Shown here: in pieces, positions 37,788 to 51,914 of the stretch | How positions within the stretch are numbered: the stretch's first letter is position 1 | Layout of the letters: each line of letters begins with the position of its first letter | From: Felis catus | Lineage: Eukaryota | DNA: 64,000 nt | NCBI RefSeq assembly: GCF_018350175.1 | Contig: NC_058368.1 | Location: 199,580,001 to 199,644,000, forward strand | Reading direction: 5' to 3' | Notes under the pieces: model-generated | What the model was told of the DNA's origin: nothing | The model's database searches: none | The model's input: only the letters and a program-made list of their open reading frames with translations | Program-made: the position numbers and the translations under genes

Positions 37788-40054
37788 AAAAATGGAAAAT
37801 AAAAATCGTTTTTTTCTCTTTCTGTATTCAAGAATCAGAAAAGAAAAGTAAAAGAAAAAAATTGAATAAAAGGACCAGTAAACAGAATGAAGTTTGATTG
37901 AAATTACATCTGGCTTCCCATAGAAGTCAAACTATGAAGCACTTTGTAGTCCGTAAACTAAGCAGGCAGAGAGACTTATGGTGTTCTTCAAGAGCTGGGT
38001 TGGCCCAGCTGGGCAGGGTTTAGTGTAACGGCTCCACTCTCCACTAGGTGGTGCTGATTAGCTTACTGGGGTGGATTGTTGTGGTACATTTGGACTTGTA
38101 TGTGCATGGATGGGAGGGATGAAAATGGCTTACCCAGCTACCCAGTCTCTAGTATCAGAACTCTGTTCTCCCCAACCGGCAATCAAGCACCCCTCCTTCC
38201 TCTCTGGCTTCTGTTAACTCCCTGCTTCTACACTGTCCGTGACTGAGCTGTCAGGCTGCCAAGCAGCACCTCCCTCCTGAGTTTTATCTCAGATGGGGCT
38301 GTGTTTTCCAGCCCCTCACTTCTGAGGGACTGTGGCTTTGACCTGCTCACACTCTCTGGGGGAGGGTCTCACTGAGCAATGGCTGTGTGCCGGCTGCCCC
38401 TGGAATGTTTGTGAGACCGTGCTGCTGCCAATGCCCTGAGACTGTGGCTGGGTGCCAGCCCACCCCTGAAAAACTTGCATGTTTGTGTAGCAGCAGTTTT
38501 TCAGAGATTATGGTAAATCACAACACACATCTGGCACCAGGCTTCCCCCTTCACATCCTTGTTCCAACACCAGTGAATGTAATTGTTCTCCAGGGTCCAA
38601 TGGGACCTTTGCCTGTGGGGAGGCCACACAGCCTCTATTAAATGTCCTCCCAGCAGGGGAACACACTCTCTGTGTCACCTGTGGACCCCTCGGACCTTGC
38701 TGTGTGCTCTTGGGGATTCACCCTTCCCACCAGAGTACCACCAGGTATCCAGCTATGGAATTTCAGACTCTGCACTCTCCCTGTTTATAGAGTCTTAATG
38801 GAATTAAAGCCCTCTCCTTTCTCCTTTCTTTTTTGTTTAGACCCTTGTGGCTGTTTCCACTTTTCCTTTTTCTCTCTAGCTGCTTTTGTGGCAGGGGTGC
38901 TTTTCCCATACTCTCCCCCATCTCTATCCTCTCTCCACAAGCAAAAACAGCTCCCTGCCCTCTGCAGCTTCTCTCTCCCCAGGTTCACCTCTCTGTGCTG
39001 CATTTGTGCAGAGTTTTGTGGTTCAGGTTGTGCAGATTGTTGTGTTAATCCTCAAGTCAGTTTTCTAGGTGTGCAAGATAGTTTAGTGTTGATCTGGCTG
39101 CATTTCAGGGACTAAAGATGCAAAAACACCTTCCATGTTGTTCTGCCATCTTGGTCCCTCCCAAGTATTTTTTAAACTATGAATTTGGCTTATGCATTTA
39201 TAACCAATGTGATATGATTCACCATTAGGTAGATAAATAGTCATTTGTCCTTTGAGCAGGAAGCCCAGACTCCTCTGCTTCCAAATGCCAGGTGAATACG
39301 TTTATGCCTTACATTGGTGCTAAACTCCATGTGGTGCCACTATTTCTTCAATGATTGCTAGAGGCTTATTATCTTGCAATGTTTCAAGCATGAAGCACCT
39401 AACAATTAGAAGTGTCTCAGCCTAGTAGGAAAATCACTGCAAGAGGACAAGTTTTTTTTCTACTGTTCTGGTTAATAGTACTTCTTTTCTACTTAAAAGT
39501 ATCATGGTTTAAAAAACAAATTACATAATCTTCTCAGGTTTAAGGTTACTGTACTATCAGTTTCCACTGTAGCTATTTCTCCTCAAATTATACTCACTTG
39601 AGTTGTTTTTTCCAGAGAGCTACCAGCATCAAATACACTAACCTTTCCCTGTGAATACTTAGACATTTGCTTCAGCCTGAATCACAAGCTTAGGCTCTTT
39701 TCTTCCTAAGGATAATATTATTTCAGAGGTCTCCTTGCTCCTCTTATCCCTACTGTCCCTGAGGTCTTGATCCACCCCAGTGAGCCTCCCTAGCTTTAAA
39801 ACCAGGTTTGGAGTCTCTACCCTAAAAGCCTATGGACTCACCGTGGAAATGGATCTATCACATCCCCTGTGATTAACTTCTCACACCAATTCTCTCACAT
39901 GATACAACAATTTTGATAAAGCCCTAAAAGATTTTTTAATAGCTAATCCTGGAACAATGAGTGTCTTGTTCTCAAGAACAATAGCCAAGAGGGTCATCCA
40001 CTCATGTGACCCTTAACAGGACAATAAAAGAGCAGCTTTTCTCATTTAAATAAT

Positions 40055-40967
40055 ACACTACTTAACAATGAAAAGACAAATAACCTGATTAAAAAATTGG
40101 CAAAGTATTTGAATAAACATTTCTCCAAAGATGTAGGAATGACCAGTAAACCCATGAAAAATGTTCAACATCATTAGTCATTATGGACATAAAAATCAAA
40201 ACCACAAGATATTACTCATACCCATTAGGATGGCTATAATAATAATGATAAAACTCCTAGATGGTAATTATTGGTAAGGATTTGAAGAAAGTGGAAGCTT
40301 TATACATTGATGATGGGATTGTAAAGTGGTATAGACAGTTTGCAGGACACTTTGGCAGTTTCTCAAAAAGTTAAACTTATAATTACCATGTGACACAGCA
40401 GTTCCACACCTAGGTATGTACCCAAGACAAATAAAAATGAATATATAAAATGTTCATAGAAAAATATACAAAATATACAAAAATGTATATACAAATGTTC
40501 ATAGAAGATTATTAGTAATAGCCAAAATGTAGAAACAATCCAAGTAGCCATCAACTTATGGGTTAATAAATAAAATGTAGAATATGTATATAATGGAATA
40601 TTATTCAGCCATAAATAAGAATGAAGTACTGAAAAATGCCACAACATGGATAAACCTTGAAAAATTATGCTAAGTGAAAGAAACCAGAGGGGATCAAATA
40701 TTGTTATGACTTCATTTACATGAAATGCCCAGAATTAACAAATATATAGAGACAGAAAGTAAATTAGTTATTTCCAGGGGCTGGCAGGAGAGGAAATGGG
40801 GAGTGACTGCTAATAAGCATGAGTTTTTTTGGAAGTGATGAAATTTTCTGGAATTAGATAGTGGTGATGGTTGCACAACTTTTTGAATATACAAAAAAAA
40901 TCACCAAGTTGTACACTTTAATAGGGTGAATTTTATGATATGTGAATTACATCTCAATTTTAAAAAT
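40055..40967 (+). mobile_element. Old eutherian L1 3' portion (L1MB-like)
   Basis: Decayed ORF2 C-terminus and 3'UTR ggaattagatagtggtgatggttgcacaac...gtgaattacatctcaat. Confidence 0.87.
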
Positions 40968-41399
40968 GTATTGCTCCGAGTCATTGGATAATTTAGTTTT
41001 AATTCAAGACTGATGAGTTATTGTTAGTTTTTAGAGATGATGTTAAACCTAGAGCTAGAGAGTGAGAGAAATAGTCTGTATAAAAGGAACTTTGCTAAAC
41101 ATCCCTTCACCTTACCCCCATGCAGAATTTTGCATTATACTTCCATCACATGTAATGTAATTCTTTTCATGTTGGTCTATCTAAGTAATCCCACTATAGC
41201 ATCAACACCTTTTCTTTAAAAATTTGTTATAAAATAGGTAAACCTTTAAGATTACTTATTTTCATTCATTTTTCATAGGATTTCCATTAAATAGATTCTT
41301 TGATATAAAATATGATGATATTCACAAAAATTGATTTGGACATACCTTAAGAGACATGGGACAAAATGGTCATTATTATATAGTAATCAGTCTTCTGAA

Positions 41400-41502
41400 A
41401 GGAGTTGCAAACTGGCAGCTCTAAATCAACATCTGGCCTGCAAAGATGTCATACATTCACCTTAGCTCCCTCATTCCATAGGCATTTGAGTTTATGGCTT
41501 CT
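41400..41502 (+). mobile_element. Short MER102-like Charlie remnant
   Basis: ggagttgcaaactggcagc...ctggcctgca and taggcatttgagttt termini. Confidence 0.45.
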
Positions 41503-42065
41503 TTTGAAAATTTAAGTTTATCAGAATTATTGATATTTTCCTTTTTCCCCTTCTAGTTCTCCTTTCTTCATTACTCCCTTCCTTTCCTTTCTTCCTTTTT
41601 TTCTTCCTTTCATTTTCATTGTGCTTGCAAACTGGTGTTTGTCACTTAATTGGCTCAAATTCAGAGATTGGATTTAGGCTCATTAATGCCCTTATTTTTG
41701 GGTCAGCATAGCCCAACTTGGGTAAGGTTATACATACAAAAACTCTCAGTATGGCTTTCCATACAGATCAGGGAGATTCATCCCTTTCTGTATTATATTA
41801 AAATACTTCCAACTCTTATTACAATGGTAGCAACAAAGATGTCTCCATTTCCTCTTCCACTTTAAATCAATTGCAGTAAAGACTTTCTTTGTTACATTAC
41901 CCAAACAGAAGCACAGAGTAGAGGCACTGAGAGTTTGGAGTGGGCAATGAGTTTAGGAATATTACATATTTTCATAGGTAAGATGGGCTGTCCTTTACTT
42001 AAGAGGTACATTTTTCACATTCTTTCATTGAGTTAGAGAAAGGACACTTAAATGTCAGTCTAACA

Positions 42066-42473
42066 TGGTCACACATTTGGTTTTTCTGGAAGGAGACTCT
42101 GAAACTGAGTTTAGTGTGTGGCATATTTACTGAGGAGTGCCCTGGAGGATGAACACCTGTGGAAGTCAAGCTGTGATACAGGCCAAAGGACAACCATGGC
42201 TGACCCCACAGGAGCTCTGCAACCAGAATGTTCCTTCAGAATGGTTTCCCATTAGGCCAAGGTGGCCAATCCTTTATACTCTCACATCAATAAATTATTA
42301 TATGTCTGTTGTCTCAGGAAAGGATGACTTTGGGTAAGGAAATTGTCTGCAGCTGAGACAGTCCCTGAAGAGACTGACAGCAATAGACATCTGCTGATGG
42401 AACCCCTAGCAGCTGGAACCATAGGTCCTTCATTGAAAAGGCATCTGGATGGTACATTATAGTGACCACTACA
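42066..42473 (-). mobile_element. LTR16A-like ERVL solo LTR
   Basis: agactctgaaactgagttt...gaggagtgcc...gctgaccccacaggagctctg...ccactaca (reverse LTR16). Confidence 0.78.
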
Positions 42474-44799
42474 AATCACATGTAGAACATAGCTATCAGT
42501 GTCAAGCAATCAATGAATCAATCAATAGCTGGTCTATGCATATAGTAGGTATTTAAGGAAATGGACTTTTTTTTTTTTTTTTAGTCACTTGATGATTGAA
42601 TTTTATGTCTCTCTCTCTTTCATTTTTAAGCTGGGAATGAAATATGCAAATCAGTTTGGACTGAAATGCCAACAGCATACACGTCAATTCTTTGGAAATC
42701 ACAATTAGCTAGTCCAGGAATCCTCTCACCTAAATACCAACACCCTTATTAGGACTAGGAAGAAAAGCAAAATGAAGCCAATAAAAGCTCTTCTGGGAAC
42801 ATTCCTGATCTGAAGAAGTATGAGCTCTTCAGGATGTGTCTCAATCATGATGCATCTGCTTTAGGTGTTCAGTAACTGAGCCCATGTGAGTTTGAGTAAA
42901 ACTGTGATAGGCAACAGCTCTTCTGAATCTGGCCTAGGCTCACTGGTGCGCAAAAGGCATGGTGAGCTGGCTGGTGAGGAGCACTTTATTTCTTTGCTCT
43001 TTTTTTCTTTTTCTCCCTCTTCTCATTTTCTGTAACCCTCCCAACAGTATGTTGTATTTGAGAAACTGAAACAATAACTCCCAAATTCTGATTTGTGTAA
43101 TTTTCAGAATATCTTTAAAGAAATCCTTAGAAGCAATGCCAAACTAAATAAAATTTTTTTCTCCTTCTGGGCTTCATTTGAAATGATTTATACAGAATAT
43201 CTTTCAATAGTAATCTTTATGTTTCAAAGACTGAAATATTTATTTTGGTTTTGAAATAGTCTCACAGTCTTTGTCTTCAGAACTAAATGTCTTTGCAAAT
43301 GTCAAATATTTTGCATAAGGCTTTTCCATATTTTATTAAACACTAAATATGTATGCATGAATAAAAACTTTACATTACACTTTGAAGTTATTAAGCTTTC
43401 TAAAATTTTATTTTAAACATACTCTGGATGTTAATAGGCCTGATATACATGTGGTCATTTAAAATAACTTCTAAAACAGAATCATAATCAAATTCAAGAC
43501 TTCCCAAACCACAGTATAAACTTGGATATAAATGTAAGCCAGATAATTTGCTTTTTACAGCTTCTTTATAGCAGGTTTGCTCTGAATCCTTTATTCCACT
43601 TTATTTCTTTAGGTGTGGACTTATGTATTTTTATTTTTAGTTCGAATGCCTCTGATAGTTAAGAAGAAATTATCTTCGACAGGAGAAACTATTATATTTC
43701 CTCCATCTTATAGTTTGCATGAGCTAATTCCTTTGTATTTCTATTACCTTTGCAATCCAGACTACTTATAAACTTTTATCAACCAGCAGTCTATTATTAA
43801 ATGTTTAAAAAGTTAAAAATAATTAAAGCAGTTTGGAGTGTACATTTCTCTTTGTGCTTGGATTCACAAAGTATATTTAAGGATAGTTTTGTCTGTTCTG
43901 CTCATCTAGTTACAATACAATAGTTGTTATAGTCATTAATCCTTATAAAGACAAAGAGAATGAAAAGGTTGTATTGATTGGATACAAAACTACAAATTAA
44001 ATGACAGATCAAAAATCAAAACTTGTATGCCATAGAACATTGGGAGATGATTTTATTTAAGTATTTGACTTAGATTTGTCATTAGCCTGAATTATAATGG
44101 GAGTTTAGGGGGCAGGGAAACACTGTTAGAGAATAGTTTCAGAATAGTGAAAGTGAATGACAAACAGAAATCACTCACCTCTTAAGTTTTATCAGGTGCA
44201 AGGGCAACATTTAAAAATGTATGACTGTTTTACAGCTTCTAAGTTAAAATAATTTATTACTTTACCAGATGTTACAGAATGACCATATCCATGTCATTCC
44301 CTTTATTCATTTATTTATTTTTGCATGCAGGGAAATGCCAGATAAGTTGGGGGAAGTGAGCCTCCTATCCTACATAATCAGTATTTGTGGGGGGAAGAGG
44401 AAAGAAAAGATTTACTGATGACCATAATTTCACTACGAAATCACTAAGAAAATATTTCATTTCCAGGAACACTAACATAAAAAGAGAGCAAACTCATATA
44501 TTGCTGATGATTCAGTGTTGGCAAGGAAGACAACAAAGGCTTTTTCTAACAATGAATCATACGATAATGTCATGTTAGGTGGCAAATAACTTAATTGCTC
44601 TTATTAAATTACAATTCCAGTGGTCAGCTTATACGTTGCAGATGTGAGATACATAAAAACACATTTCGTAGTATCACACAACATTTGGACAACATTTAGG
44701 TTTGCTTTTTCCATAAAACCTGAATGTTTTTCTCTGTTTTCTGTGCACTGGAGTTGAGTTAAAACATCTACTATTTCGTAATACTCTGTCTTCAACCCC

Positions 44800-45146
44800 T
44801 GTCTTAGTCTGCTTGGGCTGCTATAACAAAAATACCATAAATTGGATGGTCTTAAACAACAAACCTTGATTTCTCATAGTTCTGGATGCTGGGAAGTCTG
44901 AGGTTAGGGTGTGGACAGATTCTATGTCTGGTGAGTCCACTTCCTGGTAGTTCTCTTCTTGCTGTGTCCTCACAAGGGAGCTCTTCAGGATCTCTTTTAT
45001 AAAGCCATTAATGAGAGCTCCCACTCATGAGAGCTCCAACCTGATGACCAAATCACCTCCCAATGGCCTTACCTGAAATAACATCACAATGGGGATTATG
45101 TTTAAACATGTGAATTTGGGGGAACACAAACATTTAGAAAGTAGCA
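44800..45146 (-). mobile_element. MaLR solo LTR (MLT1A/A0-like)
   Basis: tgtcttagtctgcttgggctgctataacaaaatacca...gaatttgggggaacacaaacatt...tagca. Confidence 0.88.
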
Positions 45147-45317
45147 GTGGATATAACCACTTTTTTTTTTACTTTTCACCAGAAAATATTTCAAACAATA
45201 AATTAAGATTGTTATTTTTTGAGGCACTCTCTGTAGATCACCCCTCCACTCCAGTTTGTGTTTGCAAATCTGTTAGACGCTGAGAAAATGTAATAGAATT
45301 AAAACGTATGTTTCCTA

Positions 45318-45490
45318 TTGGGGCTTCCTATAGCCTGTAAAGATTCTTTGTGCATATTTGAAAAAGGTGCCCCTTCCTCTGGCAGCCACAGCCCTGCACC
45401 AGGTCCCAAGGCCAGAGGGCAGAATGCAGGCCAGATTTCAGTGCCGGCTCAACCTTCCTCTGGGTGCCTGTTTGGCATGACCTGAGAAGC
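45318..45490 (+). mobile_element. hAT-Tip100 (MER115/Zaphod-like) fragment
   Basis: tgtgcatatttgaaaaaggtgccccttcctct motif. Confidence 0.45.
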
Positions 45491-45917
45491 AACATACAGG
45501 GCCTTGTTTCTACCTTCCCTTCCAGAGTTGGGGAGAATGACAGCTAGTCAACAGCTAGGACACTACATTACTAGTTACATTTGGTAAATGCGAGATAATA
45601 CAATATGAACTCGGAATAGAAACCCAAAGAAGATGAAAAAACACAATAGAGAGGAAGTCTGGGTTTACACTCTAAGTAAGTTTTATTTTATTTTGAAAAT
45701 AAGTCCATTTGGGTCTTGCTAAGTGTGGCTCAAGATAACCCTGGCGACCACTCGTTGAAAAGCAGAGCCTTCTTTCTAAAGTGTATGAGCTCTTCAGTTT
45801 CATGTACTCTCCAAGAAAGAAGAAGGGGACTTTCCAAATGGCTGATATCAGACTTTCCACCACATGTTGGCAGATGGAGGTTCAAGCCAGATCTAATTAT
45901 ATCTGACAAAATCAAGA

Positions 45918-46135
45918 AATGCCAGGCATTATGCTAAGAATTTAACAGGCATTTGCTCAAATGATCCTCAGAACATCCTATGAGGAAATTGCTTTTCATG
46001 TCATCCTCATTTATAGTTGGAGAAACTGAAATTTAAAAGAAGTCAGTAACTTGTCCACAGTCACCAGCTGTTAAATGACAGAGCCTGAATTTAAACTGAG
46101 GCAGTGATCACAGGTATCACCACCTGGCTACACTG
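45918..46135 (-). mobile_element. MIR
   Basis: tgccaggcattatgctaag...agaaactga...taacttgtcc. Confidence 0.8.
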
Positions 46136-46256
46136 CCTGGCTTTGTCAGGTCTTATTCCACAAATCTTTGACTTTATAGTAGGCTCAGCAAGCAACTCTA
46201 TGACCCAGCAGTTCCAACGTAAATCAGATGGACTTTCATTAAAATATTGGTATTAT

Positions 46257-46480
46257 GGGGGAGCCTGGGTGGCTCAGTTGGTTAAGTGTCTGACTTCGGG
46301 TCAGGTCATGATCTCACTGCTTGTGTGTTTGAGCCCTGCATCAGGCTCTGTGCTGACAGCTCAGAGCCTGGAGCCTGCTTTGGATTCTGTGTTTCCTTCT
46401 CTTTCTTTGCCCCTCCCCTGCTCATGCTCTATCTCTCTCTGTCTTTCAAAAACAAATGGACATTTAAAAAATTTAAAAAA
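46257..46480 (+). mobile_element. CanSINE
   Basis: Full SINEC; TSD attggtattat. Confidence 0.95.
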
Positions 46481-47138
46481 AAATTGGTATTATGAATAAA
46501 GTAAAAATAGTAATATATCAACATCAATCATATGCTTGTTATTTCTTGAGGCGGACAGATACTAAATTGGGTTTAGTTATGGTATATAATGCAAGATAAG
46601 CTTATGTCCATATGACAGATGTGTAGCATATCATCAACGCATGCTAATGACAACATCTATAAAAACAGTTCAAATGTTTTTAAAAGCCCTTAAGGACTTT
46701 CCTGATCCTGTTTGTTAATTGGTGATCTTTTGAGTTAACATTTATTTTATGCCTTTTTCACATTACTTTCCATTCACACCTGCTATTCATGCCTTCCTTC
46801 TTCTCTAAGTGGGAAGAAGTCATGTGTGTAGGGGTCTGGGTAAGAATTAGGTATTATGTTTGAAGCCTGGGAACCCTTCACAAGAGCCAATAGGAGGTGA
46901 TACTTAGCCTCATGGAAGGATCTTGCTGGTATGGGTAGAGAGTCTGAGGTGGGGGCCCTGAGGCATGAACCGATGAAATTCATGCACTGTAAAAGGTAGG
47001 AAGAGAAGGCCTCTTAAATGACTGGTATTGGACTCCACATTGATTTCTGACAGATTTATTTTCAGATTGGTGTTAATTAAATCTGAAAGAAGAAAAATGA
47101 AGAATGTGAAATTATCTCCACCCTGAATATCATAGGAA

Positions 47139-47252
47139 GGGGGACCACAGAATTTGTAATACAAACTGAGATCCTGTTGAAGGTAAAAGGACATTCTGTT
47201 GCTGTAGGCATGAACCGTGTCTGTCCCAGGTAAACTAGGAGTGCAACTCATA
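47139..47252 (+). mobile_element. MER94-like hAT-Blackjack MITE
   Basis: gggaccacagaattt...caaactgaga...aggcatgaacc...ctgtcccaggtaaact. Confidence 0.55.
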
Positions 47253-47974
47253 TCTGCCATATCCATAGTTATTTGTCTTTGTTCAGTATTTTAGAGTTTG
47301 GTAGCATATCCATTACCATATATAGAATATAATGCCTATTTCACTCTATGCATTTGTATAATTTATAAAAATAATTCCCTGAGCATCAACTACCATAGGC
47401 TCAATTGAACAGCCATCTCCTTCTTTTTGGGTCCTCCTTTAAAAAATATTTCTACTTGAAGTTTATCAAGAGTCTCTCAACCTCAGAAATATGTACTTTA
47501 GTCTGTTTTATAAATTGAGGTTATCCAAAATCTGGATCAGAAAGTCAAAAGTGAAAGGAAGAGCTAATCAGTGAAGTCAAGTATAATACGCCGCTCTCCC
47601 AAATAAACTCCTTAAATGCACACTGCTCAGTTGGGTCTTCAGAGCCCTTGATAATGTATTCATCTAGCCAGTATTCCTCCTGCTTTTTTGTCATCTCAAC
47701 TCCTCTGCTCCTCCTCTGCATTTACCATACTTACCTTAATCTGCCTACTAATCTCCAAAATATCCTTACTTCTGCATTGGACTTTTGATCAAACTGAGAG
47801 GTACTGGAATGTCCTTCACTCCAAACCTCATCTGCCCTATATATGCCTAGCATAAAACTATAAATTCTAGTTCAAATGATCAAATTATTCTAGTAAGATT
47901 ATCTTCTCCTTCCTAGATGTCATGTTTCTGTATTTCCTATACTATTTACCATAGGCTATTTACTATCTAGTCTA

Positions 47975-48100
47975 TGGGTAACCATGTAATTTATTATCCA
48001 AATCTGGATATTTTTGAAAGTGAAGCAATGTGGTAAAAATAATCAACAAGTAGTAATTGATGTATAATAGGCACGAAGCAAGTGAGATGTGTTATCAGCC
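47975..48100 (+). mobile_element. MER94-like hAT-Blackjack MITE
   Basis: gggtaaccatgtaatttattatccaaa...tttttgaaagtgaa. Confidence 0.65.
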
Positions 48101-48104
48101 GACT

Positions 48105-48650
48105 GGAGATTTTTAGATGTGTGCCTATCTGCTCCCACTGGAATGTGAGCTCCAAAAACGCAAGTATGTTGGTCAGGATTGGTTAGGTTTATACTTTAGT
48201 AACAAACAATGCCAAAATTTCTGTGGCTTAATTTAAAAAAATACACAACACACCATCACACTTTATGTCCAGCATGAGGCAGTGGAAAGAGCTGATCCAT
48301 ACAGTTACTCAGAATTCTGGTTGGTAGAGGCTCTATCATTGTGGCACTATACCATCTAAAAGAACTTTCTTGATTGTCAAAGAAGGGGAAGAGCAACAAG
48401 GAAAGTAATGAGCCAACTCTTTCTATCCTTTGGGTTTTCTTTTACTTACAGATCATTGGTAGAACAAGTCACATGGTCTTGTCTAATTCTAAGAGGGCTG
48501 AGAAATGCAAGAAAGCAGATCAAATGTTTCATGAGCACCATTTCCTCTGTCAGAGAAAAGATCCTCAAGCGCTATATTTTTATATATTCGTATCCCTACA
48601 GTGCCAATCATGGTGCTCCATGTGTAGAAAACACTCAATAAATGTTTGTC
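48105..48650 (+). mobile_element. L2 3' end, interrupted by the MLT1 LTR
   Basis: cccactggaatgtgagctcc | tatccctacagtgcc...cactcaataaatgtttgt. Confidence 0.65.
48167..48552 (-). mobile_element. Old MaLR LTR (MLT1I/J-like)
   Basis: tcaggattggttagg...gtaacaaacaa...cattggtagaacaagtcacatgg. Confidence 0.7.
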
Positions 48651-49524
48651 ATATTGACTTTGTTGAGTGGTTTGACTTGACCCATTTTGCTTTCCTTGTG
48701 TATGTTGTTTGCCCACTTTAAGAGGAAACCTGATTTTTGAAAGGTTTATGTCTGGAATACTTACCTCTACATATCAGAAACAAATGTTTCAAAAATAAAA
48801 CTGAAAAATAAAAAAGATAAGGAAAGGGTGGGAAGTGGTTCTCACCATGAGATACTGCCAGTCATAAACATATGGAGGCTCTTCTCTTTGCCAAAACATC
48901 TGTTTGCTGTTGTGTAGACATGGCCTCTTTGATGTGATCTACATTTAAAAAGTATGTTATTACATATTGATCTATGACTAAAGGTCACATGTGGAATCTT
49001 GTGAAATTTACTGATGGCTTTATCACTGGGAGGTCGAGAGTAAAATTCATTCAAGTAACTCTCAAGCTGAATTTTTGAGATTGTACATAGAGCTGGGGAT
49101 AGAAACATGTATTTGTTCTGTACACATAAGCAGAGGTATTTCATGTGTGGTGCAAGACTTTTGGAGCATCTAACTGTGAGCAGACTTCATCTATGTCCAC
49201 TCTGTATGAGAAGTAGGGAAGAAACTATCTTTGATATTGTTGACACCTTTTAACTCTTTGGTCTTTGAATTTTTTCCTTTTTTCTTCTATGACTTTCTCC
49301 TTTCTACTTCTCCTCTTACCTCTGTAATTACTTTCTTTCTCTTTCTTTCCCTAGCTCCTCTTCCTCCAGCTTCCAATTTAATATAGTCCTCAAGAGAAGT
49401 TTATCAACTTGCATGGTTTTATATGTCATCTTTCTGCAACACATCCAATCTCTATTTACAAACAATAAGTGAAGAATTCCAGTTTCCCAGTGCTCAGTGT
49501 CTAGGAGATATCAGTATAAATTTA

Positions 49525-49715
49525 AGAAGGCTTAAGTCTGGTTCTGGCCTTGGCATTATCTCCCAGCATGGACTTGGGGCAAATTAGTTACTGTCTTCAA
49601 GTTGTTGCCTTTTGTGTAAAATGGAAATTTGCTGTGCTTGTTTTTACAGAACTATAGTGCAGGTAAAATGTGAAAATGGTGAGAAAATACTTTGTTTAAT
49701 GTATAGAGCTATTGA
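49525..49715 (+). mobile_element. MIR
   Basis: ctggttctggcc...ttggggcaaatt...tgtaaaatggaaat. Confidence 0.6.
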
Positions 49716-49784
49716 AAACATCACTGTGAATATTACCAAGGAAAACAAATCTAAAACTGTAGGCCTGACCACTCTCCATAGCAC

Positions 49785-50160
49785 CAATTCTGAATTTGCA
49801 TCTATTTGCTGGACATTTATCTCCACATGGTTGTCTTCCAGGCACCTCAAATTCAACATTTTCAGAAGCAAATTTTCTGTCTTCTTCCCATGTTATTTCT
49901 CTTCCTCTTGTCCTCTGTCTCCTGAATTTCCACTATTAATTCAGGCATTACCATCCACCCATTTTTCTCAATTGGGAGCCTCAAGGTCATCTCTAACTCA
50001 TCTCTCTACTGAACATACTTGCTTCTCCAATCAGTTTGTACATCTTGTGGATTCTTCCTCTAAAATGCCTACCACAATTTCTTTCAGACTGCTGCCAGTC
50101 TTCTGCTCTGTTCAGATTCTGATCATTTTTCTTTCTCCTTTCAATCTGTCAACAGTGTAT
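49785..50160 (+). mobile_element. L2 fragment
   Basis: atctccacatggttgtcttccaggcacctcaaattcaacat L2 hallmark. Confidence 0.7.
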
Positions 50161-51304
50161 TATCTCTAGACCAATTATAGCTTGTTATTGGAGAGGATCA
50201 GTGGATGTTTCTGGGTGCATCCTTTTGCCAGTGCCTATAGACACAACCTATGGGATATAAGATTGATCTGGTATTTCAGTTCATTCTGATGTCACTATGG
50301 GCCTCAGAGTCTGTGGTTGTGGTATATTTCAGCCAACTGAAATGTATTCCCTTAAACAATATACAGAGGCATCCTTGAGGCCCTGGTCCAGGGGATTTGG
50401 TGCATAGTGAATCTTCTGCAGGAAGAAGTGGGCTGGTACCTTCCCTTAGTGCAACCAAAAGTTTACCTGCAAACAAGGACAATAATTATGGGATAGCAGC
50501 AATGCTACAAATCCCTACTGGTGTCACTTGTTTCCAAATTACTAATGTCCATGAATTACAATGGGATTTTTTGGTTGCTTAAGTTCAGGCAATGGTCTCT
50601 ACATCCCATGTCTCAAGCTGTACATCTTTGTACCCTGAAATATATGTTTCATGTCAGAAAAATCTTGTGTTTACTTTGTGAGACAAGAAACAAATGAAGA
50701 TAAAACAAAAACCAGCCTCAGAACATTTTATTGTGTTTATTCTTCATCTGTATGTCTCCTAAAAACCCTTGTTTTTCTTATATAAAAACTTGTGAATCAA
50801 TTAAAAACAACATCAAGTCTCACATGCAAACAATAGAGTTGCTCTTTCTTCTCCGCGTGTTTCAAATTAGTTCACTTGTTCATCAGTGAGAAATAAAGCA
50901 GTAGACTGAGATACTGGCAGAGGCTAATCTAGAAATATCAACATATTGAAAGATTAACACAACATTAAAACTCACAGTCAATAAATTTCTTTTCCTGGGA
51001 ATTCATTTGAGATCTTCCACAATGGTGTATCTTAGTATTTCTGTAATGCTGTTTCTTTTACTTTCTGTTTGAGTGAAAGACTATAAAGACACTGACATTT
51101 CCAGTTTTATATTATTGAGTATATCAAGTTAAGAATTCATTTCCAAGTTAAATTTATAATCTTGGGATTAGTTTTGTTTTCTACCAAATCACAAAATTAT
51201 AAAAATCAGTTATCACTTTAAAACTTCTTAGACCATTTATTCATTTACTTTCAAAAAGGCTTCTCCTCTTTACTAACAAAAAAGAGGTGATAAAGTTTTA
51301 AAAT

Positions 51305-51445
51305 AAAGAATACTTACATAGCTCTGTGTAGTCATTGTTCTAAGCCCTTTACATATGTTAACTCATTTAATAGTCATACTAACTGTATGAAGTAGACTCT
51401 ATTATTTTGCACAATTACTTATGAGGAAACTGAGACAGCATAAAG
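51305..51445 (-). mobile_element. MIR
   Basis: ttgttctaagc...aactcatttaat...atgaggaaactgagacag. Confidence 0.75.
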
Positions 51446-51564
51446 AAATGGAAAAATGATGACTCCCGATCTTCTATCCTGTCTTGTTCCAACATGAAAC
51501 TCCAAAGACCCTCCGACTTACTCACTACATTTATTTATTCCTGTGTTTATTTAGAGTTACTGAG

Positions 51565-51905
51565 ACATCATTCATTCATTCTACAAATATTTTTAAGCAC
51601 AGGCTGTGAGCCAGGTCCTAGGTAAAACTGGAGAACAAAGATAATGGCACAGACCCTGCCATAGAAGAGCTCATAGTCCAGTGAGAAGAAAGACAAGCTA
51701 AAGGACAACTGCATGAGTGAGATAAGAGTAAAAAAAGCATGTAAATGGGACCCTCATGCCAGGGGTAGGAGTCAGGAAAGAAGATTAAGTGACCTATAAC
51801 TTTGAGGTCAAGGGTGGGAGGACAGCTGGTACAGGAAGCAGACCACAGACAGCATGGAAATGGGAAAAGGCATTTGAGTAGATCTGTGTGGCTGGAGTAT
51901 AGGGG
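51565..51905 (-). mobile_element. L2 3' end
   Basis: cattcattcattctacaaatattt..gcac...gccagg...agctcatagtccagtg. Confidence 0.75.
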
Positions 51906-51914
51906 CATGAGAAA

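Larger units (their letters stand above)
32147..39161 (-). mobile_element. Full-length older L1 (~7 kb including nested inserts), inactivated
   Basis: 5'UTR, ORF1, ORF2 (LFADDM), 3'UTR; TSD caagtatttttt (32135-32146, 39162-39173). Confidence 0.97.

Noticed and set aside
49612..50169. 185-aa ORF
   Set aside because: It spans MIR and L2 remnants, starts at TTG and has no recognisable protein features.
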